Assembly: GCA_964016885.1 (NCBI GenBank)
Contig: OZ024741.1
Span: 301,754,001 to 301,818,000, forward strand
Source of the DNA: Eledone cirrhosa
Taxonomy: Eukaryota
Length of the DNA: 64,000 nucleotides
Direction of reading: 5' to 3'
In this document: positions 55,357-64,000 of the stretch, one piece after another
Position numbering within the stretch: the first letter of the stretch is position 1
Layout: every line of letters starts with the position of its first letter
Notes under the pieces: model-generated
Databases searched by the model: none
Told to the model about the DNA's origin: nothing
What the model saw: the letters and a program-made list of their open reading frames with translations, nothing else
Translations under genes and position numbers: made by a program

Positions 55357-55790
55357 CTTAGGTTAAGAGGAGTTAGGTATTGTATACCCGTGTCCCATTA
55401 AGGTATTGGCAGCATAATAATTAGCTCTATGCTTTGGAGCAGAGCCGTATATATGACAAAGAACACAAGAGCGTCTACAACATCAAAAGATTTTTATTGG
55501 CTTACAATGTTTCTTCCTTACGTAACCGTAGGATTCGTCAGAGCTATAAAAGGGGTTTGATTGGTGTTATGGACTCTACCAACCAAACATTCAAGAACAA
55601 AGAGTAAAGAGAGTAAAGAGCAAAAGTAGGGGACGATAAGTCTAATTTTGGTGCGGGGGATGGGGTGTGGGTCCTTGTTTACTAGCTGCGGTCATATTCA
55701 TTCCCGGGAGTCGAGTGGTTAGTTGAGCCATAGATGGGGAGGCGTCGATAGTAGGGTGCAGAGGGTGTGCAGCGGCTACACACACACAAA
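55357..55790 (-). mobile_element. PLE-like 3' terminal region with HHR
   Basis: HHR at 55498-55546; tail runs to TA repeats at about 55350. Confidence 0.6.
55498..55546 (-). ncRNA. Type I hammerhead motif
   Basis: UAGCU-CUGACGA-AUCCUACG guua CGUAAGGAA-GAAAC-AUU-GUA-AGCCA. Confidence 0.65.
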
Positions 55791-56093
55791 GGGCATACAA
55801 TATATATATAGCGGATGAGAAAGTACATGAGGTAATTAGAAATGGAAAAAGAGTAATAATAATAATCTATAATTAATAATGTATAATAAGGCATGGGGAA
55901 GATTACACTATAATAAGGTATAAAAGTAAGAATAAGGTAAAATATAAAGGAGGATAAAAGTGAAAATAAGAATAAAGATAAAAAATATATATATAAAAAA
56001 ATATATAGAGAATATATATTCAGCTCCTGATTATTACTGGAATTCTATAAGAATCTAGCTTCTATAATTTTCGGTGGAAGCAGGGGAGTTCGT

Positions 56094-56135
56094 GGCTCTG
56101 ATGAACACCAACCACCGTGAAACAGACTGTCAACC
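56094..56135 (+). ncRNA. Minimal type I hammerhead motif in a PLE-like 3' end (about 56070-56300)
   Basis: GGCT CTGATGA AC...GT GAAAC AGACT GTC AACC; the tail ends in a long (TA)n. Confidence 0.55.
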
Positions 56136-56300
56136 TCTCTCCATCTTTCGTCGAAAATAAGTAAGTGACATAGTCACTACTTTAAAACTGATAGCGTATG
56201 GTCTTCTAAATGTTTTTAATTAAACATACGGTATATTGCCAAATATACTATGCATATATTCATGTATACATCGCTATTTCAGAGCACTAATCCTAATTCC

Positions 56301-56710
<410 letters not shown>

Positions 56711-57687
56711 GCAAAGAAGCAAGTCAAATACATAAATCCGAATGTAGATATACCTAGAACAAACGCAGAGCCATCATTGAATGCCCTATACGTAAATAAT
56801 ATACTCAGAAAACAAACCCAACAACAAACAAAACATCTAAGACCATTGAATTCCAAACTCGTAAATAATTCATTCATAAAAACAAAGCCATTCATGAACT
56901 AAATGTCTATATTAGAACTAAGACATCCTCCATAATCCCTACCTCAGACATTATCCATATTTCCTGACCCCTAACCCGCTCTGTATGGTTCTTGCGACCG
57001 GAGACGAGCAGAAAGGTTGGAAAGAGAAATATCGTTGATGTGGACAAGAAAGCAGTTGGTCAAAGAAATTATGTGAGACTGTGGAAAGGGAATTAGGGCT
57101 AGTAGGAGTCAGAGGTGTTATAATTAACATCACAAAACCCACACTTGGCCGTTAACCAAAGTTAAAGATACCACAGCGAATCTCTATTCTGAAAATTGAT
57201 GAAATGCCAAAGCAATTTTTTCCCTTGCTACGCTTAACTCAAACGCCGTAATTGATAGTAAATTCACCCAATCACTGAAAATCTAATACTTCTTTCCAGA
57301 AATTGTACCAGTACCTCTTAAAAAATCATGATATCACTTTTAAAACAAAATCTTCAAGTTTATTGTGCTATAGTGGTCCTAAGATTATTTTGTGATGGGC
57401 ACCTGGACACTATACATAGGATGACAAAATAACAAATATAGATAACATCAAAAGGTGTAAAATAAATAACCCTGAACTATTACTGTTGGATACGCCTCTA
57501 TAAAAAGAAACATATGGACGATTTGGGGCGGTATAGGTTTGGTCCACAATCTTCGGAAAATTTGCTAACCAAGCGTCGAGTGGTGACTGCTTTCGTAGCA
57601 CTGAGTGTTTTGAGAAAATTCGAATAAAGAATAAGAACATACACTGCTATAAGGCAAAGGCCCGAATCTATCGTGAAAGAGAATCTA

Positions 57688-57732
<45 letters not shown>

Positions 57733-58884
57733 ATGTGTTTGTGTGAGGGACTGTGTTGATATGCATGTATTCATATTCTATATACATTGTCTTCACGATT
57801 TTCTTCATTTAAAAACGTTCCAGTAGTTTGTTTTCTCTTGTATAGCATCAAAGGTGTCATAACAAATGATTTGACACTTTTGAATACTTTTAAGTGAACT
57901 TGTCTTCTTGTCATATTATAAATGTATATTCAAAGAATATACATTTAAGAAATTCTTTGAAATCCAATGTGTTAATTCTCTGGAAAGTAAATACTGCTGT
58001 GAATGAATTAGAGATGAAAGTACGCATTTTCTCTTGGACATTAAATGTTGTAATCATTTGAACGTGTTAAATCCAACAGAAAATATTTTGAAATGCTAAC
58101 ACATTCAGTATGACTTGAATATATTCCAACACTATTTCAGATTACGCAATGAACGTTTTCCTATGATCTATGAATTACAATTTATGTGTCAGCAAGCGAT
58201 AATCATTCCGAATTTCAATTCGTCATGAAGAGATGGAATTTGCTGCTTTTGGTAGAAACATCAATCATTTTGAAAGTATTCATCCTCAGAATTTCCTTGA
58301 AACAATCTATTTCGCTTGTCCAATACATCCTTGTTACTTATACATCCATCGGGATATAACTTTTTCCCAGCCACAATCACATTGATGCAGATTAAGGAAA
58401 AAATATGGAAGCGTAATCTGTATTGTAACGTAATGGGAATTGCTGAAACATGTGTGTGCCAAAATCGAATTATACTCAGACAATATAGTAGATACCTAGA
58501 GGAAATTTGTTTTTAAATCAATAGCTTACCTATTCATGTTTGAACGTAGGCAGAAAGACGTGTTTCCTATTGCCAGCGATATTTGAAATATATTATGAAT
58601 CAATGGGACAAAGCCGTTCATTCTGGATGTCACTAATATCTGAACTTGAATACTGATTTATTGCTCCACTAGGTCAGCATTTAACGCTGTCTGCCGTAAA
58701 TTCCTCCCCGCCATGCCTGCTAATTTGATTCCACTGATGTAGGCTCCTATTACTATTTCATAGTCCATCGCCATGTTGTCATTCACTGAGTGGGTTTGAC
58801 AGCATGAAAGAATTGCCGTGAGGGCGTGACGACAGTAATGCGTATGGTGGCAGTGACTTATAAAATCTCCTCCACCTCCATTGG

Positions 58885-59200
58885 CAGAAATGCGACATGT
58901 GACACATTCTCTGCCTCCAACTTAATCGTTTCGGCCATAAACCCCGGGAACGCGGTCCGCAATGCAGAGGACAGGAAGACAAGTAAATACCAGGGATTGT
59001 CCGGTCGCTTCCTCTTTGCACTGGTCGCCGTCGAGACCTCAAGCATCCTTGGACGCCGTACAGCTGAGCTCCTCTGCAAAATCAGAACGTCAGCAGCCCG
59101 TCTGAAGAAGGAGTTCCGCGAGGTGGGGTGACTGTTGCATCGGTTTTCGCTGGCCATTGTCCAGAAAAATTCCTTTGAAGTTTTGTCCACGGAGCGCAGC
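58885..59200 (+). mobile_element. CRE-clade non-LTR retrotransposon RLE C-terminal fragment
   Basis: ATCDTFSASNL...AEDRKTSKYQGL...FALVAVETSSILG...L.RFSLAIVQKN, the CRE pattern DATC.DT...AE.RK..KY...VAVET.G...RLSIAIQRGN. Confidence 0.8.
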
Positions 59201-59571
59201 CGAAACACCGCCCCCGTCCTAGATGTAGAATCTGTCACACTCTCCCTCACTCCTCCCTTTCTTCCGTTGCTTAATAGTCCTCACCTATAGTCCTTGCTCT
59301 TTTCCTTCTCATTTATGGCAATTATAGTCCTTTCCTTTACTTTCCTATACAGCCAGATCTGCTCTTCTTTACCCCTTCCCCCCTTTTTTCGTTATTTAAT
59401 TTTGTGTTTATTCTTTTTTAATATTTACATCATTGTATAACTTTTGTTTGTAAAATTCCAAGAAGTCTCCCCTTTACCATTCTTTATTTATGTCTTGTGC
59501 TAACACTTTAATGAACATGTTAAAACAGGCGGAACTCGGATGTAAATGATATGGTAGTAGTATATAACATC

Positions 59572-59980
59572 TGGGCGGTGGATTGGCAGTATCGGTAGCG
59601 GGTCGGACGCCATGCTTTGACGTATAGAGTTACGGCCCTTGCCATTCTGAGTTCAAATCCCGCCGAGGTTAACTTTGCCTTTCAACCTTACGGGGTCGAT
59701 AAAATAAAGTACCAGTAATGCACTGGGTAATTGCTGGCCTTGTGCCAAAAGTAGAAACAATTATATAACATCTTTAAATTAGCAATTTGAAGCTGCTACT
59801 TTTTGGCACAAGGCCAGCAATTATATCAGTGCATTACTGGTACTTTATTTTATCGACCCCGTAAGGATAAAAGGCAAAATTAACTTCGTCGGGATTTGAA
59901 CTCAGACCGTAAAGGGCCGTAACTCTATGATGCAAAGCATGGCGTCCGAACTTCTACTAATACTGCCAATCCACCGCCTT
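59572..59980. mobile_element. Tail-to-tail pair of family-1 SINEs
   Basis: Plus copy 59572-59765 and minus copy 59797-59980, about 30 bp apart. Confidence 0.92.
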
Positions 59981-60074
59981 AATAATAAACAACTAAAAGC
60001 ATTACCGCAGACAGTTTATAGATTTAATTGAATAACTGATATTAGTTTCGGATTGTAATAGGACCCCAGTTTAG

Positions 60075-60270
60075 CCAACAGCCTAGGGAAGCCTGCTTCC
60101 AGGACAAGGTTCTCGCCATTGAGGTTGGAGCCAGAGGCTTTGTACAAAAATCTGCCTACAATTTCATGAAGTAGCTTTCAGTCTCTGGGAAGATGAGGAC
60201 CAAAGTCCTAAAGGCAATATCAGAGGGAGCGGAAAGGAGTTCCAGTTAGATCTGGTTGAAAAAGAACAAA
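60075..60270 (+). mobile_element. HERO-like RLE non-LTR C-terminal fragment
   Basis: VLAIEVGARGFVQKS...KAISEGAERSSS*IWLKK, matching EVG.RGF...AE..S.WIW.KR. Confidence 0.7.
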
Positions 60271-60454
60271 AACAACCTCCATGCCATTTAAGAGCACCGT
60301 GTATGTATTTTAGCACACGCTAAGGAAAGTAACTTTGGATGAGTCGTAGTTGTAGTGTTCGTGGCAGCGGTAATACTGCCGTCTCACTGCTACCATGACT
60401 ACCAACGTTATTTTCCAAACTCAAGAAAGCGTTTGAATCTAAGTAAAATTCTAA

Positions 60455-60730
60455 GGTGGACTTACAATCATAACGTTGTGGGTTCTATTTCTGGACTGGG
60501 TTGATATTGCGTTCTTGAGCAAGACACTTCATTTCACTTCAATATACTCAGCAGAAAATATTACTCCAATATACTCACCTGAAAATTAGTACCAGCAATA
60601 GCTAGCTGGGGTTTAACCCTGCGATTGACTGGGGTCCTGTCCAGGAGTGAGTCTTCGCTTAACACCATGAAAACCGGAATAAGCACCGGCTTGATTAGTC
60701 TGCGGGCTCGAGATAGACTTTAAAACAAGT
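60455..60730 (+). mobile_element. Family-2 SINE, decayed
   Basis: GTTCTTGAGCAAGACACTTCATTTCAC core-like motif; mirrors 49730-49985. Confidence 0.75.
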
Positions 60731-60780
60731 AAGGTCTTAATAAATCATTATATATGTGAGTTTGAGTATGTTTATATATG

Positions 60781-60950
60781 TCAGAAGCAACCGTCTCCAA
60801 CTGATCCGACTGGATCCCCAAGTGAAACCAACCAAGCTCATGGATGATATCCAACCATCTCGCTCGGGGATCTACTCCAGGGTATCCAATCAGTTAGTTT
60901 TGCCCATAAAATCTGCTCAGCGATTCTTTCCTGAGATATTCTAACCACAT
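60781..60950 (-). mobile_element. RTE 3' fragment
   Basis: Homologous to 8376-8535. Confidence 0.75.
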
Positions 60951-62099
60951 AACAATATACATCATAAACAAAATATATTCGTGACTAATTACGTATAAAT
61001 CTACCGGTTAGATTTTAGCAGTAAAATGTATACAAATCTCATTTGCCTAATGTAAAAGAGGTAGTAGAGACAACAAGACTTCACATTCTCAGCATGAGGC
61101 TATGAAAGTCTAGAAACTTTAATGGTGGATTTAGAAATGTTACTATTCCGAACTAACTACAATGGATTCATAGGAATATATGAAAAATAAAATAAGATTA
61201 AACTAGAATATAATTGTCTTTCTAATACAATACGTGTGTGTATGTCCGTATGTGTGTCTGTGTGTCTGTATGAATGTGTCTGTCTATCTGTTTGTCAGTG
61301 TTGTACAGTATTTTGGTACAGCCGTTTATCATCTGAGACCAAATTTTACCAGGAAATGATCTTGTCTTTCATCCCTTCAGGAATCGATAAATTAAGATCC
61401 AAGTCACGAGCTAGGTTTGACTAAATCTAACTATAAAGCTCCGCTAGAGTTATATGGAGTTGTGCCAAAGTAATCATTCAGAGCTTCATCCAGTTTGATC
61501 TTTCAAAAAATAATAGATCTTACAATTTTACTTGTACATTACTGAAGGCAATACATATTCTAATTATTTTATATCTACCTATAACTTTAGCCAGCGTCTT
61601 ATTGAAGAAGGGCTGTGTATGTTTTGTTGGATTTTTTTTTTTTTTTTTTGTGATACGAAGAATTGCAGGTAAGATAAGCCGAGCAACAGATATACAGAAG
61701 TACCCGGATAAGAGAAAATAAGCATAAAAGGATGCAACTGTAAATCTTTAATTATTTAGAGACTCAGCTAACTTCTTTTTTTTTTTTTTTTCTCCAATTC
61801 TAAGAACAATGTATTTAACATATATACATATATAAAAATGGGGAAATTTAAATATCGAAAGAAACAAGGAGAGAAAAGACAATATAAGAATAAAAATTGC
61901 AGATAGTCAATAGTCTCACAAAAGCGATGGATGATAAACCACAGAGAAAAAGGAGGGGAGGTAGAGCTACGCTGTAAGTAATATAATATACCTTAACTCG
62001 TAAATTGGAAGAGAACAGGCACACAAGGATCGTGTATTATATTAAACAGAAGTAAAACGTTAAATCTATGTGTATATGTTTATAAATATATACATATAA

Positions 62100-62182
<83 letters not shown>

Positions 62183-62271
62183 TCCACCATCAGCAAAGTA
62201 TATATATATAAAGATACTCCCACACACATATAATATATATATTATATTATGTGTGCATGTGAGTATGTGTT

Positions 62272-62395
<124 letters not shown>

Positions 62396-63652
62396 TTGCT
62401 TGTGGTGGATGCATTATTAAGACCGATACGTTTATGGATGGTCTGATGACAACAATCAGAACAAGGATGAATGTGTAAACAAATAAGAGGGTTTATATAA
62501 AATATCATGTTTGGTTCATATCATTAATCTGGGAGTCAGGAACATTGGATCTCATGCCTTTATTTCTTGGAACAACAAAATACATATTTTACCAAGTTCA
62601 TTTGTTCTTAATTTCTAATGCATTCTGCCTTCGAATCCAGATTGCATTTGTGTATATCGAGCATATGTGTGTTTTCTGATTTTTACTTACATCAATATAT
62701 TGTGTCAGAAGTTGTTGAATGTGCATATTTTCTATTATGCTGGCGAGTAAATATTATTTTTATGTATATTTTTGAGAAAAATCACCTTTCAATTGGACTA
62801 TTTAAAACTCCGCCAAGTGTTAGATTTACATGATATCTATCCAGGCAAATGGAGCTTCTCTCGAGACTAATATAATCATCAAAATACACGCACAGGATCA
62901 CCCGTATCGGTATCGAGATGTGTTCAAAGGACCTTGGGGACCATTTCAGCCGGCATACCAACAGCAGAAACCATCTGTACCATTTATTCATTTCACTCCC
63001 GCCTGAAGATAGGACAACAGAAACATGCAACAAGTTCACCTTCAAAAAGCTTCTACTACCATCCATCTGCACTCATCACTTCCAAGATGTCATTTTCATA
63101 CAAAAGTACCACAAACCAGCAATTTGTTTACCTTCACATAGGAACCAAATTTACTGGGAGCTTGCTCACAATACAAATGGATGATCAGAAACGCTGGGTA
63201 ATATATTAACAGTGGCATGTAGTGCGGTTCTGGTCACCCTACCACTGGAAGATCAGTATTGCGGGGCACTAGAATCTCTGTGGCATGTAACATTATACCG
63301 GAGAAACGTGGACAGTTCTCCAGGGTTCATCTATAAATAAAAATGCAATCTTCAATCTTATCAATGAGAACTTAACATCAGCCCGTCAGTTGAGTATTTA
63401 TGTAATTCAAAAAAAGGTTTAAGGATCAAACAATAAAACCTATACAAAAACACGACTTATATTTTAGGGTTATTTAGCTATACGTTAGCATTAACACATA
63501 CATTTATTTCACACGTTCATTCAATCTGGTTGTTAATGTTCTTATTTCTATCTGCATAATCAACGCTTACATCCATTCCACAAAACTGTACCTATGTACT
63601 ACAAACGGTACAAGCATATCCCCTAAAATATAATTTATAGTATATATATATA

Positions 63653-63830
63653 TGAAAAAAGGGAAAAGAATGACTTCACTTGTAGTGTTAAAAGATATTT
63701 TTGGATTTAATTTTATAATATTATTATAAAATTAAATCAAAAAAATCTTTTAACACTACAAGTGAAATCATTCTTTTCCTTTTTTTTTCAAATATACCTA
63801 ACTGTACCAAGGATCTCACACATTTTCCAA
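63653..63830 (+). mobile_element. Fold-back element family E between TA runs
   Basis: Near-perfect ~138-bp palindrome 63653-63790 plus a 40-bp tail ending at (TA)n. Confidence 0.75.
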
Positions 63831-64000
63831 TATATATATATAAATACATAATCGGAGAAAGCTAAAAGCGATACTCCGGCCAAATTCCAGCTCACTCAAC
63901 AAACATTAGAAAATACCTGAGTATATTCCTAATTAAACGTTCGGGGTGCTAACTAATTGTATTGTGTGGAAAATTGGCTGTATCATTTCAAATGTGATAT

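Overview
AT-rich eukaryotic DNA with a very high load of (TA)n/(CA)n/(CATA)n microsatellites and tRNA-derived SINEs. The repeat make-up points to a coleoid cephalopod, probably Octopus (inference). Almost all ORFs in the supplied track are microsatellite translations. Recognisable content is mobile DNA: a near full-length decayed R4/Dong-type RLE retrotransposon in (CATA)n (13965-18042), an internally deleted mariner, MITEs, a non-autonomous Helitron, RTE, Tx1, CR1/L2, CRE and HERO-like fragments, about 20 SINEs and several Penelope-like (PLE) GIY-YIG 3' fragments. The most striking signal is a set of unrelated non-coding elements, mostly embedded in (TA)n, that share one layout: inverted arm + sense arm + unpaired tail. 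Many carry type I hammerhead ribozyme (HHR) motifs; about a dozen full, degenerate or half motifs can be read by eye. In the youngest family the fold-back points fall exactly on the ribozyme's own stem II or stem III hairpins, which suggests snap-back cDNA priming. A chain of small candidate exons of a host gene may run through the window (low confidence).
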